A stretch of 124,000 nucleotides of DNA from Wallemia ichthyophaga EXF-994 (GCF_000400465.1 NW_008806276.1:20001-144000); one strand, 5' to 3'. Shown: positions 37,753 to 49,659, counted from the stretch's first letter. The notes: generated by a model from the sequence alone, not told the origin. Program-made: numbers and translations.

Positions 37753-38776
37753 CTACCGCCTACTCCTATCCATCCTTTTAAGCGTCTCTTTGGCCTTCTT
37801 CCTCTGGCCATACTCCTGTCCACGCTCTGCTTGAAGTTCGTTATACTTACGCTTAGCGTACCTTTGTCCATCCTTATCCTCGAGTGCTTCATTGATGAAT
37901 CCTTTAGCGTTCCTCCTCGCTTTAGCATCTTCTGCGCCATCTGCGAGTGAATCTCCTGCGTTCCTACCCGGCAATATTCTCCCGATGGCAAAATGTTTCG
38001 GTAATTTCTGCTTACCGCCTTTGTAGAAGCGTTTAGGGTCGAGAGAGTTGCGTAATTGGAGTGCCTCTGCTTCACGTCTCCACTGTGGAAGGAGTGCTGA
38101 AGGTGGAGCAGGTAAATCGAACCAATCTTTCCCGGCGGTGGATTCTTTCGACTGTTTTTTCTATGTTTAGAAGGAAACTAATGGCAATATAACATCAACT
38201 AACCTCTTTCAACTGCCTCCTCGATGGCTTTGTACCTGCATCATGTGCTGGTCTACTAGACATAGCCGCAGAAGCCCCGTTCAAAGCATTTTCTGTTTGT
38301 TTTTCAATGGCAGATATCTGATTGTGGTTGTGTGAGTTGTAATATACCTCATAACCCTCCAACACACCTCCAATTCACGCTTCTTGGGCACTGTCTGCTT
38401 AAAATTATCAGATTTTCTTTGAGATGGCTTGAGCGGGGGGAGTGTGTTTAGATTGTAGCTGCTGGTGAGCGTTGGAATAGGTCTGGCAGGGAATGTGAGT
38501 CTGAGCGAGATCTCTGCTTGGTAGATGAGCTCACTGCTTTGACTCCTGAGCCGCGTCATCCAGCTTGACCAAATCATCGTTGAGATTGAGATGATCGTTA
38601 TTTGTGTTGGACAGGTTTGTGCGGGCGCTGTTGAGAAGATGGGAGAGATGGGAGTTGTTATCGTCGTTGTTATCGTCGTCGCTGCTGTTGCTGACATCGC
38701 TGCTGCCGTCGCTGCCATCGCTGCTGCTACCACTGCTCACGCCGCTCTCATCTCTCCTCAGAATCGCTTCTGACAT
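37753..38776 (-). CDS. FCF2: Fcf2/DNTTIP2 pre-rRNA processing protein
   Basis: TAGKDWFDLPAP..EALQLRNSLDPKRFYK..PKHFAIG..YAKRKYNELQ after an acidic N-terminus. Confidence 0.85.
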
Positions 38777-38803
38777 GGTAGACATTCACCAACCAACATC
38801 CTA

Positions 38804-40497
38804 ATGATAAATTGGATTAAAAATGTTAAAAATGAAAAATCTAAAGATATCCCAAGTCCCTCACCGGCTCCATTTCTGATTCCCAAGTATCCTTCCACTC
38901 GGCTTCTAATTCTCCCCTTATCGCTCATCCCACTCGTCGCGTACAGCTACAACGTCTTGATGCCAGCCGTGGTTATGGCTATCGTGGCTTTCTGCAGCTC
39001 TATCACTCTCATCCCCTTATCCTCTCACTGTCTCGCTAGAGTGGGCTTGAGAGGCAGGGATCTCCTTAAACCTTACAAGCAGCTGGTGTGGGTTTGGAAA
39101 TAGCTGCTTATTCCCCCTCTCACCCCCAAAAAGCCCCGAATCTCTCGGCATTGTTCCGGCGTGCGTTTTGATCGTGTTGCTCTTCCTATTCACCCCAGTT
39201 TTCTTCGCGAATCACCTCAAAACACACGCTAGCAATCTACAGCCACAATTTCCTCATCATAAAGTGGGTATTTATTACTCACTCACTCAAGCTCACCTTG
39301 ATAGCTCTCCACTTACCTTTCTGCGTTACTCTCCCTCCAAACTGCAACTCTCCTCGGCTTCTTAGACGACCTATTCGATATTCGCTGGAGGTATAAACTG
39401 CCGATCCCCCTGATTGCCAGTATACCCATGTTAGTTGTGTATTTTGCAGAAGGGTGAGTATTTTTTTTTCACGCTAATGTCTCACCTCATACAAAGACAC
39501 TAAACTTCCATAGCGGCATAACAGACGTCGTTATCCCTTTGCCCTTACGCCAGCTACTGGGCCGGGTGGTGCATCTGGGTAGGTGCGAGCAGCAATGATG
39601 TCATGCGCTGACCACCCCGATAACAGGCCCCCTCTACTACATATACATGGCGATGCTATCTACGTTCTGCACCAACAGCATCAATATTCTTGCCGGCATA
39701 AATGGGATAGAGGTGGCGCAAGCGGTTGTGATAGCGGGGAGTGTCGCCATTAATGATCTCTTACACCTGCCCTTATCGCATGGTTTCGTCAGCCATCTCC
39801 CGCAATTCGCTGCTCATTGGTCATCGACCGCTCTCGTAGGCCCCACTACACAGGAGCAAGCTGAGCGCCACCTCTTCTCCCTCTGCTTCATGCTTCCCCT
39901 TATAGGCGCGTCGCTGGGGCTGCTTTATCATAACTGGTGGGTTGATCACGACATTAATAACTAATTACTTAACTCACCAACTCACCATTTTACAATCTCA
40001 TCCTACTCAGGTACCCCGCACGCGTATTCCCCGGTGATACCTACTGTTATTTCGCCGGCATGGCATTTGCGATAGTGGCGGTCTTAGGGCATTTCTCCAA
40101 AACGTTGCTACTTTTCTTCCTACCGCAAGTGATCAATTTCGGTTTGTCGACCCCGCAGCTATTCGGACTGATGGCATGTCCGCGGCACCGTGTGCCGCGG
40201 TATGTGCATGGCACGGGAGTACTTGAACCGAGTCGGGCGTATTTCGACAAGCCGCCCGCCTTCTATGTGAGCGTGCCGCTGCGTGTGCTGAGCGCCGTAG
40301 GCGTTGTGCAGCTGGAGGTAGGCGGCAACGGACGCATTACTTGCTCTACTAACCTCACCCTCCTCAACGCCTTCCTCTGTCTCTTTGGCAAAATGTCGGA
40401 GCGTCAACTCGCTTCTGTCACCGTCGTCTTCCAAGTTGCTTGTTCTGTCCTCGCTTTTGCTGTTAGATATGGCTTGGCGGGGTTGGTGTATGATTAG
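38804..40497 (+). CDS. ALG7: UDP-GlcNAc:dolichyl-phosphate GlcNAc-1-phosphotransferase
   Basis: GLRGRDLLKP, GFLDDLFDIRWRYKL, FCTNSINILAGINGIE, YPARVFPGDTYCYFAG, HFSKTLLLFF, CPRHRVPR. Multi-exon. Confidence 0.93.
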
Positions 40498-40737
40498 ATG
40501 TAAGTGTAAGTGTAGATATAGATATAGATGGTTTGCGTGTGCATCGAGTGTGTCGCGTGTATTGCATGCCAAGAAATTTATAATATTCACGTCCGCTCCC
40601 GCTGTGGCTGCTTATCTTGTACCAGCACAGCGAACAAAGCACACACTACAACTTAAATATAAAGACAATGGTAAAAATCGGCAGACTAGATTTAAGCAGA
40701 CCGCCGTCGATTCTGCCTAAATTTCTACAGCATCCGT

Positions 40738-41742
40738 ATGCGCGTCGCTTCGAGGGGAACGAGAGTGAGTAGGGGATGTGCGAGCGAGGAGAAGAAACGC
40801 ACCGCTAACACAGCCACAGAGTACGTGACGAGTCGGTGGAAATTTGGAGTGAGTTATGCGATGGACTGGGTGATCTGCGCAGCGTTGCTAGGGTTGCTGT
40901 ACATCATCAACAATGTCCACGGGTACTGGCGGGAATTCGACCTGAACGATGCGAGTATACGCCACTCGCACACGGAGGATGAGCGCGTACCCCTGTGGTT
41001 GCTGGGTATACTCATAGGACTGGTACCGATCGTGGCCAAGATTCTGCTCAGCACGCAATGGTATCGCTCTTACACGGATCTGCACCACGCGCTGCTTGGC
41101 TTTCTCCTCACAGCTGGTCTCACTCTCTCCACTACCACTGCCGTTAAGGTGCTCGTGGGCAGACCGCGCCCAGACCTCATTGCCCGCTGTCAGCCGCGTT
41201 CTGGCGCGTCTAATGCAGACGTCGGTCTTGCTACTGCGGATGTCTGCACACAAACCGACTTTGAACTGCTCCAGGATGGATTCAGGTCGTTTCCCAGCGG
41301 TCATTCCTCCACCTCGTTCGCTCTGCTGGGCTACCTCAGCTTCTACCTCGCGGGCAAAATGCAGGTTTTCGACACCAAGGGACACACAGTCAAGTCGTGG
41401 ATCTGCTGGGCTCCCTGGATCGGCGCCGTCCTTATCGCAGTGTCGCGCACTATGGACTACAGACATCACGCTACGGATATCATTGCAGGCGGCGTTATCG
41501 GCACTTTCTTCGCTTACGTGTGTTATAGACAATACTACCCACATTTGGGTAACGCAATGTGCCACAAACCGCACAACACGAGGTATGTCGAGAGGAAGGA
41601 TGCTTATAGACTGCCGAGGTATCAGGGGGACGGGGTGGACAGTGTGAGTGAGGAAGGAATGCAAATGGGGACGCTCAATGGAGGTGGACTAGTTGGACAG
41701 GAGAACAGGAGAACAGGGACAACAGGAACAAGGAACGTATAA
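40738..41742 (+). CDS. PAP2 lipid phosphate phosphatase (Dpp1/Lpp1-like)
   Basis: KVLVGRPRPDLIARC, SFPSGHSS, SRTMDYRHHATDI. Confidence 0.92.
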   Translation: MRVASRGTRVSRGCASEEKKRTANTATEYVTSRWKFGVSYAMDWVICAALLGLLYIINNVHGYWREFDLNDASIRHSHTEDERVPLWLLGILIGLVPIVAKILLSTQWYRSYTDLHHALLGFLLTAGLTLSTTTAVKVLVGRPRPDLIARCQPRSGASNADVGLATADVCTQTDFELLQDGFRSFPSGHSSTSFALLGYLSFYLAGKMQVFDTKGHTVKSWICWAPWIGAVLIAVSRTMDYRHHATDIIAGGVIGTFFAYVCYRQYYPHLGNAMCHKPHNTRYVERKDAYRLPRYQGDGVDSVSEEGMQMGTLNGGGLVGQENRRTGTTGTRNV

Positions 41743-41758
41743 GATAGTCGATGCATCG

Positions 41759-42249
41759 TTATATTCTAATATACTGCTCTCTATTCGTAGCAAAGTAGCG
41801 GCTAATATCCTGCTCTAATGATAGTATATACGTCCTTAGATCGTTGAGTTCGGAGGAGAGTGATTGCTGTGGGAGAGTGAGCTGAGTAAAACCGAATAAA
41901 AACACCTACGATACTGGAATTAGTACGCGTATCCTTAACCGACAATTCCTCTGTCAGAGTTGATTTGAGAGTGTCAAAGTCGCCTTCTAATGCGTCGATC
42001 CTGCTGAATTTGTCGTTCAACTGGAGCGACTCATTCCTGACACTAGCAATATCCCATTTAATGCTCTCATTCGATTTCCTATAATCTTCCAACAGGTACA
42101 TGTATCCACCCATAGACGCAGCTACGAATCCAACGCAGAATCCAAGAACGCTGTGGGAGTGAGTGAGTGCGAGAATACACGCTGATCCACACCAACCCTC
42201 CTCTGAATCCTCCTATTGGTTTCGTGGGCCGTAATTGCGCTGAATTCAT
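41759..42249 (-). CDS. Small membrane-anchored coiled-coil protein (probably mitochondrial), three exons
   Basis: Spliced: MNSAQLRPTKPIGGFRGGL..AFLGFCVGFVAASMGGYMYLLEDYRKSN..QSLSSELNDLRTYILSLEQDI. Confidence 0.6.
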
Positions 42250-42273
42250 CGTAGTTTCTTCCAAACGACGCTG

Positions 42274-43060
42274 ATGGGTGGGCGAGAAGACAGCCAGTAA
42301 ACACAATCTAACAAATCAACAAATTAAAGGACTCCTATCGATTATTCGTAAACAGCGCTACAAATCACGTGAAATGCGTTTCCTATTCTTGTGCGTCGCT
42401 GTGTTATCCGTTATCTGCTATCTAAGCACACAATAGAGGCTTAGACAACGCAGGGAAGACGACAATAATGAAACGCGTCAATGGCGAGGATATAACGTCT
42501 ATTTCACCCACTTTAGGCTTCAATATCAAGACATTTATACATCGTGGCTATACGTTGAATGTTTGTGGGTTGCTGGTGTGTATTCGGTGTACCTTACTCA
42601 TGGTACTCCTCTTCCAGGGGACGTCGGCGGTCAACGCACATTGCGCCCTTATTGGCGTAACTACTTTGAACAGAATGACGCGGTGGTTTGGGTGGTTGAT
42701 TCATCGGATACGCTTAGAATGGATGATTGTCGGAATGAGCTGTTCGATCTACTCAGCGAGGATAGATTGGCTGGTACTACCATACTGATATTCGCAAACA
42801 AGGTTGATATCCACGGTGCAATGAGTGTGGATGATATACGCAGCGCTCTCCAATTGGACAGCATAAAGAGCCACACCTGGAGAATACAGCCCTGCAGCGC
42901 TGTGACGGGTGAGAACTTGTTACAAGGACTCGACTGGGCTGTCGGTGATTGCTCTAAACGCCTTTACTACTCTTCACAGCCAGATTTCACAGAATCGAGC
43001 GGAGATTTAACAAAAAACACTCAAGACACTCAAGAAACACCACCAAAGCTGTTTGGATGA
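42274..43060 (+). CDS. ARL2: ADP-ribosylation factor-like GTPase Arl2 (Cin4/Alp41)
   Basis: 4-nt first exon ATGG, then [57 protein letters not shown]. Confidence 0.93.
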
Positions 43061-43084
43061 TTATCGAATGCATGTTTATCGTTT

Positions 43085-43488
43085 CTACCTCTTTGGCGCA
43101 GCCTCTTCTCCATATCTCAACAAACCATGCACACGCTTGCCATGCTGCACCCTCGGTCCCCAAGCCCTGAATTCCTTCTTGGGTTTTGGTTCGTGCGCGA
43201 ATGAATCCGGGTACTCGCCCTGTCTAAACTTCTCCAGGCACCACAACAAATACTTCCTATCCCTGGTAGACAAGCCCATTCTCTCAAAGTCGATGCTCCT
43301 GCGGGTAAACAGCTGCTCCCAGTTCTCTACCTTGCACTTGTCCTGTAGATTTCTACCAAATGAGCTGAGCAAGGTGTGTGTATCGGTGAATTTTCCTGGA
43401 TGGCGTGTAAGTGGGTGCAAAACCAAGCAAATCACCCACCTCTACCCGATGCTATCTGTCTACTGGCGTTTCTGATCAACGTCGTCAT
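43085..43488 (-). CDS. FYV4: Mitochondrial IGR-motif ribosomal protein mS41
   Basis: MTTLIRNASRQ-intron-..LLSSFGRN..WEQLF..DRKYLLWCLEKFRQG..PKKEFRAWGPRVQHG. Confidence 0.8.
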
Positions 43489-43526
43489 CGTCGTCGTCGA
43501 GGTACAAGCCTTATATCCACACCACC

Positions 43527-44872
43527 ATGTCCCAACAAAACCAAGCTGTTATTCTAATCTCTTTCCCTGGCTCAACTGCCTACCAAGTCTATCAAGACCA
43601 GCGTGTCCCTCTCAGCGCCGGTGTCCTTGACCTAAGCCTTGTCAGTCTCAATTCCACCATCAACTACGACAACCCCACCGAGATATTCGACAGTCAAATG
43701 TCAGGCGGAACTGACTACTGGCTGGTGTTATCCATCAGGGGTGACGAGAAAGCGCACGCGTTCGAGCTAGCACTGCCATCAGGTATCCCTATAGACAGAA
43801 TAGGCGATTGTGGCTACAGCATCCCTTCGCCCACACTCCCTGATGCCTATATCGATATTGAACTCCCCGAGAAGCATTCAGACGAGGACAAGGAGAGCCT
43901 CGAGGTTATCCTCGGCTCCTACGCCAGTCTCCCCGTCCCACAAGCTCAGAGTGATTTGCGCGGCAAACTCTGTCTCGTCGATACCCAAGACGGCCAAATA
44001 TTAGGTTCGCTCGATGAGGCTCAGTCGGGCGCTCCCGTTGAAGACCCTTCACTGAGCGAGACGGGTAACGAAAAACACCCAGTCGTAGTCGATTTCCCTG
44101 ACCAGCCTGACGAATCCATCCGCGTATCTGCCGCTAAAGACCCCTCGCTGATGATTCGCAGCAGCAACTACGTCAGTCAGACCATTATCGGAGGTGGGTG
44201 GAGTCGAGCTGGTGTAGCAACGATGTACTAACACACTAACGCACACAGGCGGCAACCTCCTCGGAAAAGGGCTCGCAGCCGGCTCGCAAACCTTTGTTGC
44301 CAAGACCAAGACGGGCGAGAAACCGCTCGTGTTTTCGGAGAACTCGCGCAAGAACGCGGCGCGCGTGCACAAACTCACCGGTCAAGTAGCTAGTGTGTCG
44401 GCCAAGACGAGCGGTGTAATTGCCGACTCTGCGCGCGGTGTTGGCGCGTACGTCTCTGGTAAGGGCAAGAAAGACGACAAGGAGGATAAGAAGCCGGGTG
44501 AGTTTGTGTGGAGTGTGTTGCTCAACAACCAGCTAAAGTTACCCTTTAGGCTTCTTTAACAAGGCCTTCACGGCCGTAGATAACGTCTTCACGTCGGTAG
44601 AAGAGGCCAGCAAGACTTTCGTTAGCGATGCTTCCATGGCAGGGAGTGTTATGGCTGCTCATAAATACGGCCCAGACGCTGGCAAGGCCGTTAGAGGCGT
44701 CGGTGACTCGGTCCATAACGCCGCTATTGTCTACATTGACGTCAAGGGCGTGTCGAGAAAGGCACTCATCAAATCTGCTGGCAAAGGCGCCGTCTTTGGT
44801 GGTAAACAGAGCGCCGCACCTGCTAATACCGCCGATCCTTCGCCTTCGCCTTCTTTACCATCCAAGAATTAG
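43527..44872 (+). CDS. Senescence/spartin-associated domain protein
   Basis: SNYVSQTIIG..LAAGSQTF..RVHKLTGQVASVSAKT, HKYGPDAG..IVYIDVKGVSRKALIK. Two introns. Confidence 0.8.
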
Positions 44873-46244
44873 ATATCTTTACGAGTTTTGTATCATGACC
44901 AATATTACCTAGATGCCATGCGGTATAGCACAATTCCTAAGAAAATCAGGCTGTTTGAATAATGATACACACGTTCAAGACTGGAAGAGCTGATAATGTA
45001 CAAAGCATAATACATGATTGTGATACCGTATGTTATTTGCGTCTAGGTGTATGTGAAGGCTATGAGGGCTACTTGTCTACCGGAGAAGAGTATACTAGTT
45101 GTACGTGTTGTCCTGTTTCCATGTCTGTGCTTTCTATCCGTCTATCCTCTCTGGTGAGCACAAGTCCCCAGCAGCTACACATGTTAGCTGTGTATCGAGA
45201 ATAAGAATGCTACAACTTACATATATCCAATGAGCGTAGAGATGAAGCAAAACTGCTTTCGTCAGCGAATAAGATCACAACAAAGCACTCCTCACAAGAA
45301 CAGCTAAATCGAGAAGAACGTTGAGCAGGGTTGATGTAGAATTGTTCAAGGCTGGTGGTAGGAAGAATGCTGAGCTGTTTATTAGACGCCATTGAGCAGT
45401 TGAATCACCGCACCAATCAAGCCACCGAGTTGATCAACAGCAGCAGCAGCAGCAGGATCAGCATCAGCATTAACAACATTTGCAATCTCAATCATTTACA
45501 ACGTTGGCTGCTCCACTTGAAGACATCCCTTTACAAACTCAACCGACATCTCGCAGTCACATCCGGTGCTTCAGGCACCTTATCGACTGATTCTTGTGAC
45601 AGATTAAATTAGCCTGAGCTTGAGCTTGAGTTTCAAGTTGAATTAATTACGATAGAATTTACAGTAAAAGTTGAAAGTAACTTCTGTGCTCCCTCATTCA
45701 TTCAAATCCTACCCTCATAGCACCCTTTCCACTCGCTTACCATTTTTACGCCTCGTGATCTTGAGGCGCGAGACATTCAGCGGATTGATGCAGCGGCTTG
45801 AAACAACGGAGATAGCGATTTATGGAAAATTATGCTTATGGTCAGGAGGCGTATCAGCTAGAGTACTTCAAGACGCTTCATTCGAGTAGCTAGAGATGGA
45901 AGACAGGATTGAATGCTCATAGTGTAACTGAATCAGTGTTACATTCGGCATCCTGATCACCTATTATAAATCGTCCTTCCTGCCCTCTCCATGACTTAAT
46001 TTCACTGCTACCATCGCCCAGATGCAATCGATTATGTTGATTCTACAGCAATTAGACGCACCACGAGAAGGCCATTTTGATCTGCTTTCACTCCACTCTA
46101 CTCAAAGGATGTACCCATTTCGACACTGACAAGCTCGCGTCGATATACTGCGCCTCCTTTGACGCGAAGTATCATTCCTTGGTCGAGTGTATAAATAAGG
46201 CTGTTCTTTTTCACTATCTCTCATCCCGCTTCTGCCACTTAAGT

Positions 46245-46616
46245 ATGAAGTTTCCAGTCACTTTAGTTCTATTAGTCGCTGTTCTTTGTTGTCTTGTCGA
46301 AGCAGCCAAGCGCCGGGGGTACAATAGAGGCATCCTCGACAAGAAAGGTATGATGCAAAAGAGAGGTATCCTCGGTAAGAAGGAATTTGGCAAGAGATAC
46401 ATCCTCGATAAGAGCGAATACGTCAAGAGAGGCGGATTGACTGATATCCTGGACAAGAGAGATATCTACCGCAGACAAGAAAATAATTACGACTTCGACG
46501 AACTGACAGACATGAAGAGGGGTATCCTCAGTCGTCAAGATAACGATGACCTCGAGGAACTTTCAGCCATCAAGAGAGAGATTCTCAAGCGTCAAGATGA
46601 TGAAACGCTCGAATGA
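46245..46616 (+). CDS. Secreted Kex2-type repeat peptide precursor (KEP-like), copy 1
   Basis: Signal peptide MKFPVTLVLLVAVLCCLVEA. Eight KR sites plus KK/RR in ~103 aa, with a recurrent [GYE]IL[DGS]K/R motif. Confidence 0.75.
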   Translation: MKFPVTLVLLVAVLCCLVEAAKRRGYNRGILDKKGMMQKRGILGKKEFGKRYILDKSEYVKRGGLTDILDKRDIYRRQENNYDFDELTDMKRGILSRQDNDDLEELSAIKREILKRQDDETLE

Positions 46617-46801
46617 CTAGCTATTGGGTAAATATCAGGTCCACTCGCCATATTTTTAATATGATTCTCTGAATTCACGATTGTATGTTTTAGAAATAAA
46701 TGTTGTTTACTGTAATTAATGAAAGACATTAAAGATATCAGAGGGGTATATAAATAATCTAAAAGAGTGCAATAGCACTGACCGGACTCGCCTTGAAGGC
46801 G

Positions 46802-47119
46802 TCAGTACGAGAGCGAGTATTGATTAGTGTGTTTGAAATCATAGACCATTACGCTGAGCTCGTAGATGTAGTCGTTGAGGTCGTCGCGCTCCTGCTTCAA
46901 TTGCTTGTTGAAACTTCTCAAGTACTCAACTTCAGCTTTCAAGGAGGATTGCAAGCGTTGACGTTCGCCGTGCCGAGTATTGCAGCAGAGATGCAGAGAC
47001 TCCGCCTCATTCTTAGTAATTTCTGAGCCAGAGACATCGCGTACAATGTCTATTCCTGTTAGCAAGTGCTGATATAGATCACAATCAATCGTCTTACTTT
47101 TCTCGCTTTTTTGGATCAT
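46802..47119 (-). CDS. Hypothetical small coiled-coil protein, copy 1
   Basis: ATG-initiated 105-aa ORF with heptads LKAEVEYLRSFNKQLKQERDDLNDYI. Confidence 0.4.
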   Translation of the reverse strand: MIQKSEKSKTIDCDLYQHLLTGIDIVRDVSGSEITKNEAESLHLCCNTRHGERQRLQSSLKAEVEYLRSFNKQLKQERDDLNDYIYELSVMVYDFKHTNQYSLSY

Positions 47120-47363
47120 TTATGCAGTGAGGATATAAGAGGAGAAGAAACTGAGTAGACTCTGCACGGACTGCGTGGTCCCGCTCGGAATCCGCTCATA
47201 CGAATCTAGGGTGGTGAAAATCCGTGCCTGGAAACATCACAAGTATGTTTCCGGTAACAGTCGATGTTAAGCCTTCCTCAAACACTTGCAGATAAATGTT
47301 CAAGTAATATTGCGTGTATTATCTATCAACATCTCTATCAAGCTACTTATTACGAAGACATGA

Positions 47364-47704
47364 TCAGCTATCCTGCCTCTCGAGCTCATCTAGTACCTTG
47401 TACGCTCCCTTCTCTTCCAATGCCTTGATGAAAAGGATCCGTGCCATCTCGTCGTCCCCGAAGCGATGGAGCTTAAGCACCTCATTTCGGTAGTCAGGCC
47501 TAACTCCGAAAAGAGCGTGTGCAGCTGTATCCGTATCCAGCGAGAAGTTTGCGTTTGAGTGGGAGCGTGAATAACTACCAAAAGCACTCTTGATGTCGAG
47601 CATGTCAGGTTGATCTTCTTCGATAGCAAAATTAAACTTACAGATACCGGAGCAGCAAGCACAGAGCCTAAAACTATCCCAGTAAAGGCTGCTGCAAGCT
47701 TCAT
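47364..47704 (-). CDS. Small secreted protein (~95 aa), copy 1
   Basis: Signal MKLAAAFTGIVLGSVLA-APVS. A GTAAGT..CTGAC..AAG intron joins it in frame to SAFGSYSRS..RPDYRNEVLKLHRFGDDEMARILF. Confidence 0.65.
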
Positions 47705-47906
47705 GAGTTGAAGATGTGGCGGATGTAAGTTCTCGCTGAGCAAAAGCTCCCGAGGGGGAAGCTTTCGGGTAAAAGCATACGCTAGCTCTTCTAATAATTT
47801 TAAATGATGATGTCATTTAATAATTAGGAGCATAAAGAGTCGTAAATGGCTATCATTGTATTATCGTAAATATTGGCACATTTCAATTACATCAAAGAAT
47901 CAAATA

Positions 47907-48506
47907 TTATCCCCCGCATGTTCCGTGAATAAGGAATCTCGAAAACCCTTCAATGTTTGACCTACCTTCGAGAAATAACTGGCTACCTCCGCAGGGAGTT
48001 TTGCTCCAATTAATAGTCTTATCTGAGTGATGATTAAGCACGGCATATCCATGCCAACTATCGTCAAAGTTTTGCTTTATACATTTAGTAGATTCCTTCG
48101 GTTTCTCGTTTGTTAATTTTTGGTTCATCGCACTTGATATCTTTTCCAAATGTGGATACTTGGTACATGAATTTTCGACGTGGAATTTGTAAGTGTTGTC
48201 TGATATTGCCGTTTCAATCACATTACATCTATATGTATACCAATCATAGATGGCAATGCCACTGTCATACGCAGCTCTCAGACCAAATGACAAGATTCCG
48301 ATAGAGAACCAGATTGGAACCTGATGCGTTGGAGAGCTATTGACAGGCAAATATTTAGGAAAAACCACGCGCATACTTTGAGATATAGAGTAAAAAATAG
48401 AAACATTTTCGAATGTCAAGCATTCATTATGAATGAAGTAGTTAGTGATAAGCTTGAGAAATAATGCTGCGCAATTGATGGCTATGACTTTGTGAATCGT
48501 TACCAT
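47907..48506 (-). CDS. Secreted Cys protein resembling the Css2 C-terminal/killer-toxin-like family, copy 1
   Basis: Hydrophobic N-terminus, helix GILSFGLRAAYDSGIAIYDWY, pattern C-x11-YKF-x5-C-x8-ISSAM-x3-L..C-x7-SWHGY..CG. Family call is by eye. Confidence 0.55.
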   Translation of the reverse strand: MVTIHKVIAINCAALFLKLITNYFIHNECLTFENVSIFYSISQSMRVVFPKYLPVNSSPTHQVPIWFSIGILSFGLRAAYDSGIAIYDWYTYRCNVIETAISDNTYKFHVENSCTKYPHLEKISSAMNQKLTNEKPKESTKCIKQNFDDSWHGYAVLNHHSDKTINWSKTPCGGSQLFLEGRSNIEGFSRFLIHGTCGG

Positions 48507-48938
48507 ATGATGAGAGTTGAGAGGATAGGACGCGACAGTGGATAGGCTGCTCGAAAGATTTCAATAATGATAACATTTCGTCTTTGACATTAATTCTGAT
48601 TACTTACTGAACACCCACTTCCAACTCCCAAACCTCTAGATGAGACGCTTCAATTTTAAACTTAGAATTCCATAAACCGTAATTGTTTATTCAATTTACT
48701 TGAAGCTCCTCCGGCTGAAACTTTGTGTCATTTTGTCTACGACAACAGGAAACGCCCAATATTGAGACAATGACGCATTAAAGTACACGCCTTTTTATTT
48801 GTTTACAAGCTTCAGCCGAATCACTTGGCAGTTTCATTAAATGACGAGATGTGATGATAGAAGTGAGAAACATCAGCCCAGCTGGCTTTATAAGAAGCGC
48901 TATATCTTTCTTTCTTCTTCACAACTAAGAAAATTGAA

Positions 48939-49659
48939 ATGTACTTCAACAACGTCAAAGCTCTCGCCGTTCTCGCCTTTACTAGCGCCATCGTATTAGT
49001 AGCCGCTGCACCTAACCCAGCTGGCAACATCTCGTATCGCGGAGATGTAGGAGATGTCGGTCACAAGAATGAAAACTCTGAAAAGGGTGTGGATGCCAAG
49101 AACAACGATAATTACGACAAATACGATAAGCAAGACAAGGAATCTCACGAAGAGGCGCTCAAGAAGCACAGCAAAGAGGTCGAAAAGCAGAAAATGCTGA
49201 CGAAAGAAGCTGCCGAAAAGAACAAAGCAAATGACAAGGTTGGTAATGACGAAGCTTGCTGAAAATTGGCTTACACAGTAATAGAACCAGAAGACAGACG
49301 AGTACTGGAAGGGTGAGAAGAAAGATGACAACACGTACGACAACAAGTCTGGTAATAAGAAGCAAGACAATCAGTACGACACCAGTAAGAAACAAGATTC
49401 TGGCAAGCACGATACCGACATGAAACAAGAGCACTACAACGACAAAAAGCAAGACAATCACTACGACACCAGTAAGAAACAAGATTCTGGCAAGCACGAT
49501 ACCGACATGAAACAAGAGCACTACAACGACAAAAAGCAAGACAATCACTACGACACCAGTAAGAAACAAGATTCTGGCAAGCACGATACCGACATGAAAC
49601 AAGAACACGACAACGACAAGAAGCAAGACAATCATTACGATACCGACAAGAAAGACTAA
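48939..49659 (+). CDS. Secreted K/D/H/Y-rich repeat protein, copy 1 (2 full 29-aa units)
   Basis: Signal MYFNNVKALAVLAFTSAIVLVAA-APNP. Intron 49239-49284 joins it in frame to the repeat exon ending YDTDKKD*. Confidence 0.85.
49360..49656 (+). repeat. 87-bp coding VNTR, copy 1
   Basis: Unit MKQEHYNDKKQDNHYDTSKKQDSGKHDTD. Confidence 0.95.

Noticed and set aside
40888-41664. Long antisense and alternate-frame ORFs over PAP2, CPSF2, TRM1, MEF2, VRP1, THOC3 and others
   Set aside because: Shadow ORFs of GC-rich coding sequence. The opposite or alternate frame has clear family motifs.
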